Positions 1 to 10,974 of a DNA stretch of 64,000 nt are shown one piece after another (within the stretch, counting starts at the first letter, position 1; each line of letters begins with the position of its first letter). This DNA is from Candidatus Multivorans sp. (lineage in GTDB: Bacteria > Acidobacteriota > Thermoanaerobaculia > Multivoradales > Multivoraceae). A program made the translations under genes and the position numbers. Location of the stretch: positions 480,001-544,000 of the forward strand of contig OZ251997.1 of NCBI GenBank assembly GCA_965247095.1. Direction: 5' to 3'. The notes under the pieces are model-generated. The model ran no database searches. It was not told where the DNA came from and saw only the letters and a list, made by a program, of their open reading frames with translations.

Positions 1-2
1 AC

Positions 3-1355
3 GAGGCCGGCGCCCGGGTCAAGCTGCGCCGGGGGAGAGACACGCGGCAGACGCGCCGGATCGAAACGGAGATCCGGCAGGTGGTGGCCGAGATGAAGGC
101 GGCGATTTCCGACAAGGACTTCGACTGCGCGGTCCGCTACAGGGAGCGCGAAATCGAACTGCGGGAAGATCTGGAGAGCATGGAGCGGTTGCATGACCAA
201 GGCGAGGGAGATCAGGTCGTGACTGCTCAGGATGTGGAGGAGGTGATCGCCTCCTGGACCGGCGTGCCCGTGGCTGCTCTGCGCAGCGACGAGGCCCAGC
301 GTCTGATGAACATGGAGGACGTGCTGCGGCAGCGGATCGTGGGCCAGGACCGGGCGATCCGTGCGATCAGCCGCGCCATCCGCAGGTCGCGGCTCGGCGT
401 CTCCGATCCCCGGCGCCCGGTGGGTTCCTTCGTCTTTCTGGGGCCGAGCGGCGTCGGCAAGACGGAGGTGGCGCGGCGGCTTGCCGAGTTCCTGTTCGGC
501 AGCCAGAACGCCTTGCTGCGATTCGACATGAGCGAGTACATGGAGAAGCACGCGGCGTCCAAGCTGATCGGCTCCCCACCCGGCTATGTCGGCTACGAGG
601 AGGGCGGCCAGTTGACCGAGAGGGTGCGGCGCCAGCCGTACTCGCTGATCCTCTTCGACGAGATCGAGAAGGCGCACCCGGACATCGCGGGTCTGCTCTT
701 GCAGATCCTGGAGGAGGGGACGTTGACGGACGCCTACGGCAACCATGTCGACTTCCGCCACTCCCTCGTGCTCCTGACCTCGAACCTGGGCAGCAAGCTG
801 GTCCTCAAGGGGGGGCGGATGGGCTTCGGCGGCGTCTCCTCGGACGACGACTTCGCCGAGGTGCGGGAGGAGACCCTTGCCGAACTCCGGCGTTCCTTCA
901 GCCCCGAGTTCATCAACCGGATCGACGAGACGATCGTGTTCAATCCGCTGGGCCGGGCGGAGCTGCGGGCGATCGTCGATCTGCTGCTGTCGGACGTCAA
1001 CGAGACCCTCGCCGAACGTGGCCTGGCCGTCGATGTGAGTCCCTCCGTTCGGGAATGGCTGCTCGAGCAGGCGGGAATCGACCCGTCGACCGGCGCCCGG
1101 CCGCTTCGCCGGACGATCCAGCGCCACGTCCAGGATGCGGTGTCCGACCTGCTGATCCAGCGCACCGGCACGGAGATCAACCGGATCCGGGTGGATCTGG
1201 CGCCGATCGAGGGGCAGAACCCCGGTGGCGAGGGTTCGCTCGCCGAGCGGGAACTGGTCCTGGAAGTGGTCCCGGGCGGCGGCGGTGAGCAAGTCGCCGC
1301 AGCCGGCAAACATCTAGCAGCCCGTGAGGAGGAACCTGCCCTTGCCGAATCCTGA
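3..1355 (+). CDS. clpC: ATP-dependent Clp protease ATP-binding subunit ClpC (5'-truncated by window edge)
   Basis: Frame open from base 3 (EAGARVKLR); UVR-like coil; NBD2 Walker A GPSGVGKT, RFDMSEYMEKH, LIGSPPGYVGYEEGGQLTE, DEIEKAHPD, GARPLRR. Confidence 0.93.
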   Translation, partial: EAGARVKLRRGRDTRQTRRIETEIRQVVAEMKAAISDKDFDCAVRYREREIELREDLESMERLHDQGEGDQVVTAQDVEEVIASWTGVPVAALRSDEAQRLMNMEDVLRQRIVGQDRAIRAISRAIRRSRLGVSDPRRPVGSFVFLGPSGVGKTEVARRLAEFLFGSQNALLRFDMSEYMEKHAASKLIGSPPGYVGYEEGGQLTERVRRQPYSLILFDEIEKAHPDIAGLLLQILEEGTLTDAYGNHVDFRHSLVLLTSNLGSKLVLKGGRMGFGGVSSDDDFAEVREETLAELRRSFSPEFINRIDETIVFNPLGRAELRAIVDLLLSDVNETLAERGLAVDVSPSVREWLLEQAGIDPSTGARPLRRTIQRHVQDAVSDLLIQRTGTEINRIRVDLAPIEGQNPGGEGSLAERELVLEVVPGGGGEQVAAAGKHLAAREEEPALAES

Positions 1356-3801
1356 TCGAAGCCGCCTCCCGGCGCTGGCGTTGCTGGGGTTGTTCCTGGC
1401 CGCGCTCCTGCTGGCGTCGCCGTCCGCGGCGCAACTCCTGGTCGGTCGTCCGATCACATCGGTGGAGTACACCGGCGTGGAGACGCTGAGCGAGGAGAGC
1501 CTGAGCTACTACCTGGATCTGGAAGCCGGCAAGCCCTGGGATCCGGGCCGCCTGAACGACCGGATCAAGGAGCTGTGGGAGCGGGAGTTCGTCGACGACA
1601 TCTCCGTCGAGGCCGTGGCGGAGGGTGAAGGTGTCGGGGTTCGGGTGACGATCACCGAACGGCCGCTCCTGACCTCGCTCGACTACGACGGGCTGAAGAA
1701 GCTGAAACGCAGCGACATCGGCGACATGACGGATCGGGAACGCATCTCGGTCTACGAGGGTCTGCCGCTCGACCTTGGCGAGGTGGCCCGTCTCGAGCAG
1801 GCGATCAAGAAGCTCTACGAAGAGCGGGGCTTTCGCTTCGCCGGGATCCACGTCGAGGTGCAGGACGCGGGTCTGGGCGAGAAGCGCGTTCTCGTCACCG
1901 TCGACGAGGGCGGCCGGGTCAAGATCGGCCGGGTCGACTTCGAGGGCAATGAGGTCTTCTCCGCCGGCAAGCTCCGCCGCCAGATGGAGAAGACGAAGAA
2001 GTCGAATCTATTGACCCGGATTCGCAAGCGCGACGTGTTCAACTCGGCCACCGTCGAGGAGGATCTCGACAAGGTCAAGGATCTCTACCGCCGCTTCGGC
2101 TACAAGGATGTCGAGGTCGGCGAGCCGGAACTCGAGGTGATCGAGCGCAAGCCGAACGCGGAGCGGCTCGAGGGCCGCAAGAGGCAGCTCGCCCTGGTCG
2201 TGCCGATCGAGGAGGGGCCGCGCTGGAAGCTGGGCGAGATCGACGTCGAAGGCGCCGAGGTGTTGCCGGAAGGGCTGCTGCGCCAGATGTTCAAGGAGCC
2301 CCAGGGCGGTTGGCTGCGGTCGGACCTGATCGACGAGGGGGTCGAGCAGATCGGAGAACTCTACCGCAACAGCGGCTACATCTTCGCGGACGTGAAGCTG
2401 GAGATCGTCGAACGCGAGGATCTGGTGGCGGACCTGCTGGTGACGGTGGAGGAGAACGACCAGTTCCGGGTCGGGCGGCTCGAGTTCACCGGCAACGAGC
2501 GCACCCGGGACCGCGTTCTCCGGCGCCAGATGCTGCTGAAGGAGGGCGACGTCTTCAACTCGGGCATGCTCCGCACCAGCCTGTTGCGGCTCAGTCAGCT
2601 CGAGTACTACGTGGTCAACGAGGACGATCCCGTCGAGGTCAACTACGACACCGGCCACCAGAAGGTCGATCTGGTCGTCAAGGGCACGGAAGCGGGCCAG
2701 ACCGAGGTCCAGTTCGGAGGCGGCTACAGCGAGCTGGACGGGTTCTTCGTCCAGTCGGCTCTGCGCACCCGCAACTTCCTCGGCCGCGGCGAGACCGTCG
2801 GCGTATCGATACAGACCGGGCGCTACCGCGACATCTTCGACGTCTCCTACTACATGCCGTGGGTCAAGGACCGGCCGCAGAACGTCGGCATCCAGTTGTT
2901 CAACCGCGAAACGGACTTCGATCTGCTGGCCGACCAGCGCTACCGCAGCAAGGAGGCGGGCGGCGTGATCTCGTTCGGACGGCAGTTCCGGCGTTGGGAG
3001 CTCGTCCAGTTGGCCTACAGCAACATGGACATCGAGAGCTACCAGTCGCAGACGTTCTACTTCTTCGAGAATCCGGAGGAGCAGGAAGACACGATGAGCG
3101 ACACGATCGAACAGGCGTTCGAGTTCAACCGGAGTTCGATCACCGCGACCTACCAGTACGACAGCCACAACAGCCGGCTCGAGCCGACCCAGGGCAAACG
3201 TCTGATCGCCTCGCTCGAGTACGCCGGCGGCCTGCTCGGTGGCGAGTCGTTCTTCATCCGGCCTTCGCTGACGGCCGCGATCACCGTGCCATTGACGCGG
3301 GGGGCGTGGCGTTCGGTGGGCCGGGTGAACCTTCAACTCGGCTACATCAAGCCCTTCGGCACGGACGACGCGGGCGGCCTCCGCCAACTGTTCTTCCTCG
3401 ACCGCTATCTGCTCGGCGGCGAGAACAGCCTCCGCGGCTTCGCCTTCCGGTCGATCTGGGTGCGCGATCCGGAAACCGGGCGGACGCTGCTCGACGCGAA
3501 CGGCTTCCCCCAGGGCGGCAGCAAGAGCGTCGTGATCAACCTCGAGCACCACACGCTGGTCAACGGCCCCTTCCGCGTGGTCGCGTTCTTCGACGCGGGT
3601 AACGTGTACGGCGACGACCAGGACGTCGACTTCAACCACATGAGGATGTCGGCTGGAATCGAACTCCGGGTTAACGTGCCGATTCTTGGAGCGCCGCTCC
3701 GGTTCATCTACGCTACGAACCTGAATCCTCTCGACAGCCTCGCCGGTCTCGACCGGGAACGCTTCGACAGCTTCGACTTCAGCATCGGGACCAGCTTCTA
3801 G
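1324..3801 (+). CDS. bamA: Outer membrane protein assembly factor BamA
   Basis: Signal peptide, five POTRA-like repeats (e.g. FTGNERTRDRVLRR), NFLGRG at barrel start, LRGF loop-6 motif, C-terminal Phe; followed by skp. Confidence 0.95.
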   Translation: MRRNLPLPNPDRSRLPALALLGLFLAALLLASPSAAQLLVGRPITSVEYTGVETLSEESLSYYLDLEAGKPWDPGRLNDRIKELWEREFVDDISVEAVAEGEGVGVRVTITERPLLTSLDYDGLKKLKRSDIGDMTDRERISVYEGLPLDLGEVARLEQAIKKLYEERGFRFAGIHVEVQDAGLGEKRVLVTVDEGGRVKIGRVDFEGNEVFSAGKLRRQMEKTKKSNLLTRIRKRDVFNSATVEEDLDKVKDLYRRFGYKDVEVGEPELEVIERKPNAERLEGRKRQLALVVPIEEGPRWKLGEIDVEGAEVLPEGLLRQMFKEPQGGWLRSDLIDEGVEQIGELYRNSGYIFADVKLEIVEREDLVADLLVTVEENDQFRVGRLEFTGNERTRDRVLRRQMLLKEGDVFNSGMLRTSLLRLSQLEYYVVNEDDPVEVNYDTGHQKVDLVVKGTEAGQTEVQFGGGYSELDGFFVQSALRTRNFLGRGETVGVSIQTGRYRDIFDVSYYMPWVKDRPQNVGIQLFNRETDFDLLADQRYRSKEAGGVISFGRQFRRWELVQLAYSNMDIESYQSQTFYFFENPEEQEDTMSDTIEQAFEFNRSSITATYQYDSHNSRLEPTQGKRLIASLEYAGGLLGGESFFIRPSLTAAITVPLTRGAWRSVGRVNLQLGYIKPFGTDDAGGLRQLFFLDRYLLGGENSLRGFAFRSIWVRDPETGRTLLDANGFPQGGSKSVVINLEHHTLVNGPFRVVAFFDAGNVYGDDQDVDFNHMRMSAGIELRVNVPILGAPLRFIYATNLNPLDSLAGLDRERFDSFDFSIGTSF

Positions 3802-3819
3802 TCCCACGGAGAACACCCC

Positions 3820-4371
3820 ATGAAAGTCAACACACTCGTTACCCGCGCCGCCCTCGTCGCGGGCGCCGTCCTCCTGGGGGCCATGACCTCGGGACCGGCC
3901 CTCGCCCAGAGCAAGATCGCGGTAATCGAGGTCGAGCGGCTGCTGCAGGAATCGGGTCGAGGTCAGGTCGCGGTCCAGGAACTGACCAAGCTCAGGGACG
4001 AGATGCAGACGGCACTCCAGGGTCGGCAGGAAGAGTTGGCGGCACTGCAGAAGCGGTACACCGACGGCCGCCTGACCCTGGCTGAGGATCGCCTGGCGGA
4101 GATGGAGAAGCAGCTCGAGGACATGACCATCGGGCTGCAACGTTCCCAGGACGACGCGAACCGCGAGATGCAGAAGCTCCAGGGCGAGAAGTTCGGCGAG
4201 ATCGAGCAGGCGGTTCTGCCGATCATCTCCCAGGTCGGCCGGGAGTTCGGCTACACCGCCATCTTCAACAAGTTCCAGGGCGGATTGCTGTACTCGGCCG
4301 ATGCCGCCGACATCACGAACCTGATCATCGAGCGTTACAACTCCGCCTATCCGGCGACGCCCGCCGAGTAG
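3820..4371 (+). CDS. skp: OmpH/Skp periplasmic chaperone
   Basis: Signal peptide, KIAVIEVERLLQES, long coiled coil, DIT..II C-terminus; directly after bamA. Confidence 0.9.
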   Translation: MKVNTLVTRAALVAGAVLLGAMTSGPALAQSKIAVIEVERLLQESGRGQVAVQELTKLRDEMQTALQGRQEELAALQKRYTDGRLTLAEDRLAEMEKQLEDMTIGLQRSQDDANREMQKLQGEKFGEIEQAVLPIISQVGREFGYTAIFNKFQGGLLYSADAADITNLIIERYNSAYPATPAE

Positions 4372-4378
4372 TGGCCGG

Positions 4379-5776
4379 CTACTCGTTCCGTATGCTGTAG
4401 AGCTTCGACCGGGTGCGGATCAGCAGCCGGTCGCCCGCGACCGCCGGCGACGCCATCGCCATCTCGTCGAGGCTGTTGATGTGCAGCACTTCGTACTCGG
4501 CGCCGGCGCGGATCACGTAGGTGTCGCCCTGCTCGCTCAGCGCGAACACGCGGTCGTTGTAGGCCCACGGCGATGAGGTGAAGCTGGCGCCGCCGCGCGG
4601 TGCGACCCGCTGGCGTCCGTACACCGGTTCGCCGGTCAGCGCGTCGTAGGCCTCGAAGAAGCCGCGGTCCAGCAGGCTGTAGTAGATGCCGTTGTAGACC
4701 AGGGGCGAGGTGTTGTAGTTGCCGGCCTTCGGCTGGTGCCAGGCGACGAACTCGCTCTCGGTCGCGTCCTCCTCCAGGGTGATGTCGCCCAGGGCGCCCG
4801 GACGGATGGCGAACACCGGCCGGCGCTGGTCCTGGAAGTAGCCGGAGTTCACGTAGACCATGTCGTGCGCGGCGAAGGGTGTCGCAATCGCGGCCCACGA
4901 CATGCGGCCGTTCATCTCCCACAGCAACTCGCCGTCGAGGCCGTAGGAGCGGATGCGGTTCTTGCCGTTGGTGACGATCTCGGTACGGACTTCGTTGGTC
5001 CACACCAGGGGCGTGGCCCAACTCGAGACCTCGTCGCGGTCGGTGCGCCAGCGCTGCTCGCCGGTGACTTTGTCGAGGCCGGCGATCCAGGACTCCTCCT
5101 CGTTGTCGTAGAGGATGATCAGCAGGTCGTCGTGCACCACCGGCGAGGACGCGGCGCCGTAGTCGTACATCGTTTGCCGGTGCGGGGTGTCGGAGCTCCA
5201 CACCGAGGCCCCGTCCATCGTGAAGGCGTAGACACCGAGGTCGCCGAAGCGGACGTAGACTCGCTCGCCGTCGGTGGTGGGGGTTTCGGAGGCGTAGGTC
5301 TGCTTCTGGTGACGCGGGAACTCGGGGATCCCCGTCTTGACGGAGCGGTGCCAGACGATCTCGCCGGTCGTAAGATCCAGGCAGTAGACCCGCCAGTCGT
5401 GGATGGCCTGGGGTGGTTCGCTTCGCCCGCGCGCGGCGTAGAGCCCGGCCTGCGGACGTTCGAAGTCGCCCTCGGCGACCGCCGCGGTGAGGAACACCCG
5501 GTTGCCCCAGACGATCGGACTCGACCAGCCGAGACCGGGCACCTCGGCCACCCATTCGACGTTCTCGGTCTGGCTCCAGCGGTCCGGCAGATTCGGATTG
5601 TCCTCGACCGCCGGGTTCGCGCCTGGCCCGCGGAACTGGGGCCAGTTGTCGGAAGCCCGGGCCGGTGCGGTGACGCAGAGAACGGCGCAGGTGAGGATCG
5701 CTGCTGCGCTCGCTGCACGGCCGGCCGGGGAGGGCGAGAGTTCGCGACGGGGTCGCGAGGTGGTCGGTGCATCCAT
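4379..5776 (-). CDS. PQQ-like beta-propeller repeat protein (secreted)
   Basis: Signal peptide then NWPQFRGP, GWSSPIV, SSPVV, SWATP repeats; GGAGG RBS upstream of ATG 5776. Confidence 0.85.
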   Translation of the reverse strand: MDAPTTSRPRRELSPSPAGRAASAAAILTCAVLCVTAPARASDNWPQFRGPGANPAVEDNPNLPDRWSQTENVEWVAEVPGLGWSSPIVWGNRVFLTAAVAEGDFERPQAGLYAARGRSEPPQAIHDWRVYCLDLTTGEIVWHRSVKTGIPEFPRHQKQTYASETPTTDGERVYVRFGDLGVYAFTMDGASVWSSDTPHRQTMYDYGAASSPVVHDDLLIILYDNEEESWIAGLDKVTGEQRWRTDRDEVSSWATPLVWTNEVRTEIVTNGKNRIRSYGLDGELLWEMNGRMSWAAIATPFAAHDMVYVNSGYFQDQRRPVFAIRPGALGDITLEEDATESEFVAWHQPKAGNYNTSPLVYNGIYYSLLDRGFFEAYDALTGEPVYGRQRVAPRGGASFTSSPWAYNDRVFALSEQGDTYVIRAGAEYEVLHINSLDEMAMASPAVAGDRLLIRTRSKLYSIRNE

Positions 5777-5867
5777 CGAAGGAACCTCCAGAAGTCGTCG
5801 AAGGGAGTGCCGGCATCGTATCGCCGCCGCGACCGGCGTCCCACCCGGATTCCGGTAGTCTCGCTTC

Positions 5868-6973
<1,106 letters not shown>

Positions 6974-6977
<4 letters not shown>

Positions 6978-7444
6978 GCGAAGAGCAGACCGGGAGCGGG
7001 GCACCCCTGGGCCCGTTCGATTCGCGTTGGGTCGCGAGCGTGCTGCCGCACCGCTATCCGTTGCTCCTGGTCGACCGGGTGCTGGAGTTGGTGCCGGGCC
7101 GGCGGGTGGTGGCGATCAAGAACGTGACGCGCAACGAGCCCTTCTTCGACGGCCACTTCCCGGGCAACCCGATCATGCCCGGCGTCCTGGTGATCGAGGC
7201 GATGGCGCAGACGGCGGCGCTGCTGCTGCTGCACGACATGGAAGATCGCGAGCAGAAAGTGCTCTTCCTCTCCGGTATCGAGAAGGTTCGCTTTCGCAGG
7301 CCCGTGGTCCCCGGCGATCAACTGCGGATGGAGGTGGAGTCCTTGCGCATGCGGACCGTCCATTCACGCTTCCGGGGCCGGGCGACCGTGGACGGCGAGC
7401 TGGCGGTGGAGGCGGTCTGCACGTCCACCATGGCCAGGGCCTGA
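6974..7444 (+). CDS. fabZ: 3-hydroxyacyl-ACP dehydratase FabZ
   Basis: LPHRYPLLLVDRV, NEPFFDGHFPGNPIMPGVLVIEAMAQ; GTG overlaps lpxD stop (GTGA). Confidence 0.95.
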
Positions 7445-7478
7445 AAGACCGGCGTTTGCTGATGCCGTGGCACGCACG

Positions 7479-8291
7479 ATGACGGCCGAACTCCACCCGA
7501 CGGCGATCGTCGACCGCGGGGCCGAGTTGGGCGAAGACGTGGTGGTGGGTCCCTTCGCCGTGATCGGCGCCGGCGTCCGGGTCGGAGACGGCACGAAGGT
7601 CGGCGCCCACGCGACGATCTACGGCAATACGGTCCTCGGCCGGGCGAACCGGGTCTTTCCCCATGCGGCGATCGGCTTCGACCCGCAGGACCTCAAGTAC
7701 AAGGGGGGAACCAGCCGGCTGGCGATCGGCGACCGGAACCAGTTCCGGGAGTTCTGCACGATCAACCGGGGAACGGAGTTCGGCGGCGGCGAGACCCGGA
7801 TCGGCGATGACAACCTGTTCATGACCCAGACGCACGTCGGCCACGACAGCCAGGTGGGCAGCCGCACCGTGTTCACGAACGGCGGCACCCTGGCCGGGCA
7901 CGTGGTGGTCGAGGACGACGCGACGATCGGCGCGTTCTCGGGTGTCCACCAGTTCTGCCGGGTGGGCAGGCACGCCTACATCGGCGGCTTCTCGGTGCTC
8001 ACCATGGACGCGCTGCCGTTCTGCATCACGGTCGGGATCAAGCCGGCGTGCATGGGCGTCAACCGCATCGGCCTGGAACGCAAGGGGAAATCGACCGAGG
8101 ACATCCTGGCGATCGAGCGCGCGATCCGGGTCGTCACGCGCTCGCGACGGAACAAGACCCAGGCTCTGGAGGAACTGGACACCGATCATGCCGGACACGC
8201 CGACGTGGACGCGCTGATCGCGTTCATTCGCAGTTCCGCCAGAGGCTTCATTCGCTCGGCGCGCCGCGGCTCGCGAGGCGCGGGCGACTAG
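7479..8291 (+). CDS. lpxA: Acyl-ACP-UDP-N-acetylglucosamine O-acyltransferase LpxA
   Basis: LHPTAIVD, PQDLKY, REFCTINRGT, HVGHD, LAGHV, VHQFCRVG. Confidence 0.95.
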   Translation: MTAELHPTAIVDRGAELGEDVVVGPFAVIGAGVRVGDGTKVGAHATIYGNTVLGRANRVFPHAAIGFDPQDLKYKGGTSRLAIGDRNQFREFCTINRGTEFGGGETRIGDDNLFMTQTHVGHDSQVGSRTVFTNGGTLAGHVVVEDDATIGAFSGVHQFCRVGRHAYIGGFSVLTMDALPFCITVGIKPACMGVNRIGLERKGKSTEDILAIERAIRVVTRSRRNKTQALEELDTDHAGHADVDALIAFIRSSARGFIRSARRGSRGAGD

Positions 8292-8300
8292 GGCGCGCCG

Positions 8301-9284
8301 ATGGGGAGCGGACTCCGCGTCGGTGTGGTCGGGGCCGGCGTGATGGGCCGCCATCACGTTCGCCTCCTGACGGACCTGCTGGGACCCCGGTCGGTGTTCG
8401 TGGTCGACGTGGATCCGGCAAGGGCCGAGAGCGCGGCCGAGGAGCGTGGCGCTGCGGTGGCGGCCGGACTCGGCGAGCTCGCGGAGGCCGTCGACGCCGC
8501 CGTGGTCGCCGTGCCGACGGTCGATCACCTCGAGGTGGCGGGACGTCTGATCGAGGCCGGCGTCCACGTCCTGGTGGAGAAGCCGATCGCGGTCGACCTC
8601 GCCCAGGCGGACGCGCTGGTTGCGACCGCGGCGGCGCGCGGTGTGGTTTTGGCGGTGGGCCACGTCGAGTTCTACAATCCTGCCGTTCAGGCACTGTTGG
8701 CTTCGGGTCGTGGGCCGCGCTTCGTCGAAGTCGAACGGATGTCGCCCTTCAGCCCTCGCAGCCTGGATGTGGATGTGGTGCTGGACCTGATGATTCACGA
8801 CCTGCAGATCCTCCACGCCCTCGATCCGAGTCCGGTGCGCGAAGTACGGGCCGTCGGGATCGATGTCCTGTCGGACCGGGTCGACATCGCCGACGCCCGG
8901 ATCGAGCTCGAGTCGGGCTGTGTCGCGAATCTGACCGCGTCGCGGGTGTCCGCGGAGCGGGTGCGGCAGTTGCGCGTCTTCTTCGGGGATCGGTACCACT
9001 CGCTGGACTACCAGGAGCAGACGGTGCGGGGATTCCGGAGAGTGCGGGGCGCTGACGTTGCGGCGCCGGCCACGGCGTCCGCCGCCTCCGCCGGCGGACC
9101 GGCCGGGCGCATCGTGCCGGCCGATCTCGAGGTGGAGCAGGGCGAACCGCTGCGCCGGGAACTGGAAGCGTTTCTCGACCGGTGCGCCGGCGGCGGGGCC
9201 GCGCTCGTCGACGGCGAGGCCGGACGGCGGGCGCTCAAGACGGCGCTCCTGGTGAACTCGAAGATCGCCGGAACCGGAACATGA
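8301..9284 (+). CDS. Gfo/Idh/MocA family oxidoreductase (possibly GnnA-like)
   Basis: GVVGAGVMG Rossmann motif, VLVEKPIA, GHVEFYNP, DVVLDLMIHDL; follows lpxA. Confidence 0.85.
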   Translation: MGSGLRVGVVGAGVMGRHHVRLLTDLLGPRSVFVVDVDPARAESAAEERGAAVAAGLGELAEAVDAAVVAVPTVDHLEVAGRLIEAGVHVLVEKPIAVDLAQADALVATAAARGVVLAVGHVEFYNPAVQALLASGRGPRFVEVERMSPFSPRSLDVDVVLDLMIHDLQILHALDPSPVREVRAVGIDVLSDRVDIADARIELESGCVANLTASRVSAERVRQLRVFFGDRYHSLDYQEQTVRGFRRVRGADVAAPATASAASAGGPAGRIVPADLEVEQGEPLRRELEAFLDRCAGGGAALVDGEAGRRALKTALLVNSKIAGTGT

Positions 9285-10174
9285 GCGCGGACGCCTGCAG
9301 GGTAGGGATCATCGGCGGCTCCGGCCTCTACGGCATGGAGGAGCTCGAGGTTCACGAGGAACGCGCGATCGAAACGCCGTTCGGCCGTCCTTCCGAGGTC
9401 TTCGTGCTGGGTGAGCTGAGCGGTCGGCGGGTCGCTTTCCTGGCTCGTCACGGCCGCGGTCACCGCATCCTGCCCGGCGAGTTGAACTTCCGGGCCAACA
9501 TCTATGCCTTCAAGACGCTGGGTGTCGAGAGGTTGATCTCGCTGTCGGCCGTCGGCTCGCTCCGGCGCCGCTACCAGCCGACCCACATCGTGGTGCCGGA
9601 CCAGTTCATCGACCGCACGCGGCACCGGCCCGACACCTTCTTCGGCAACGGGCTGGCTGCCCATGTCTCCTTCGCCGACCCGATCTGTCCGGTGCTGATG
9701 GAGGTCTGCGCCGAGCAGGCGGCCGCGGCCGGCGCCGTGGTCCACCGCGGCGGCACGTACGTGTGCATGGAGGGACCCCAGTTCTCGACCCGCGCCGAGT
9801 CGTTCATGCACCGGAGTTGGGGCGCGGACGTGATCGGCATGACGAACCTGCAGGAGGCGAAGCTCGCGCGGGAGGCGGAGATCTGTTACTCGACGCTCGC
9901 CCTGATCACGGACTACGACTGCTGGCACGAGGAGGAAGAGGACGTCACCGTCGATGCCGTCCTCGCCGTGCTGCAACAGAACGCGCGCACCGCCCAGGCC
10001 GCGGTGGCGCGGATCGTCGGGGCGCTGCCGGCGGAACGGCCGGAGGGATCGTGTCCCTGCGCCGATGCGCTGGAGCACGCGCTGATCACCGATCCGTCGG
10101 TCATCCCGGCGTCCGTGCTGCGCGACCTGGCCCCGATCGTCGGCAGGCGCCTGGGCCGCGGCGACGACAGTTGA
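9281..10174 (+). CDS. mtnP: S-methyl-5'-thioadenosine phosphorylase
   Basis: IIGGSGLY, FLARHGRGH, EGPQFSTRAES, VIGMT, TDYDCW. Confidence 0.93.
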   Translation: MSADACRVGIIGGSGLYGMEELEVHEERAIETPFGRPSEVFVLGELSGRRVAFLARHGRGHRILPGELNFRANIYAFKTLGVERLISLSAVGSLRRRYQPTHIVVPDQFIDRTRHRPDTFFGNGLAAHVSFADPICPVLMEVCAEQAAAAGAVVHRGGTYVCMEGPQFSTRAESFMHRSWGADVIGMTNLQEAKLAREAEICYSTLALITDYDCWHEEEEDVTVDAVLAVLQQNARTAQAAVARIVGALPAERPEGSCPCADALEHALITDPSVIPASVLRDLAPIVGRRLGRGDDS

Positions 10175-10197
10175 GCGGCGAAGAGCCAGGGCCCTAA

Positions 10198-10974
10198 GTG
10201 ACGCGACTGCTGCTGACGAACGACGACGGTGTCGGTGCCCAGGGCCTGGTCTGTCTGGCGGCGGCGCTGGACCAGGCGGTGACGTCGAAGGGGCCGATCG
10301 ACTACCAGGTGGTGGCGCCGCTCCACGAGCAGAGCGGATGCGGACAGGCCCTGACGCTGTTCCGGCCGCTGCGCGTCAAGTCGGTGCGGGAGGGTTGGTT
10401 CTCGGTCGACGGCACACCGTCCGACTGCGTCAACGTGGGCGTCCACGCGCTGCTGGACCGGCCCCCCGATCTGCTCGTCTCGGGCGTCAACTACGGGGTC
10501 AACCTGGGCGACGACGTGACGCACAGCGGCACGGTCGGCGCGGCGCTCGAGGGCCGGCTGCTCGGCATCCCGGCGATTGCCTTCTCCCAGGAGTACCGCA
10601 AGGACCAGCCCGCCGACATGGAACGGGCCGCGTCGCTGGCCGCGCGGGCGATCGTGTCCCTGCTCGAGCAGGGGATTCCCGACCGCATGCTCCTCAACGT
10701 GAACTTCCCGTTCGATCCGCCGCGCGGCGTCAAGGTCGCGAGGCTCGGCCGCCGTCCGTATCGCAACTCCGTGGTGCAGCAGGACGATCCGCGCGGCGGC
10801 TCGATGTACTGGCTGGTGGGGAAGCCGGAGCCTGAACGCCTCCACGACACGGACGCCGCGGCGGTTCGCGACGGCTACATCTCGATCACGCCGCTCAGCG
10901 CCGACCTGACCGATCGCCGGGCGGTCGCCGAGGGCGACGGTGTGTTGCCGGGCCTCGTCGGAGCGCTCCAGTGA
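10198..10974 (+). CDS. surE: 5'/3'-nucleotidase SurE
   Basis: LLTNDDG, GTPSDCV, VSGVNYGVNLG, SGTVGAALEG, SITPL. Confidence 0.95.
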   Translation: MTRLLLTNDDGVGAQGLVCLAAALDQAVTSKGPIDYQVVAPLHEQSGCGQALTLFRPLRVKSVREGWFSVDGTPSDCVNVGVHALLDRPPDLLVSGVNYGVNLGDDVTHSGTVGAALEGRLLGIPAIAFSQEYRKDQPADMERAASLAARAIVSLLEQGIPDRMLLNVNFPFDPPRGVKVARLGRRPYRNSVVQQDDPRGGSMYWLVGKPEPERLHDTDAAAVRDGYISITPLSADLTDRRAVAEGDGVLPGLVGALQ

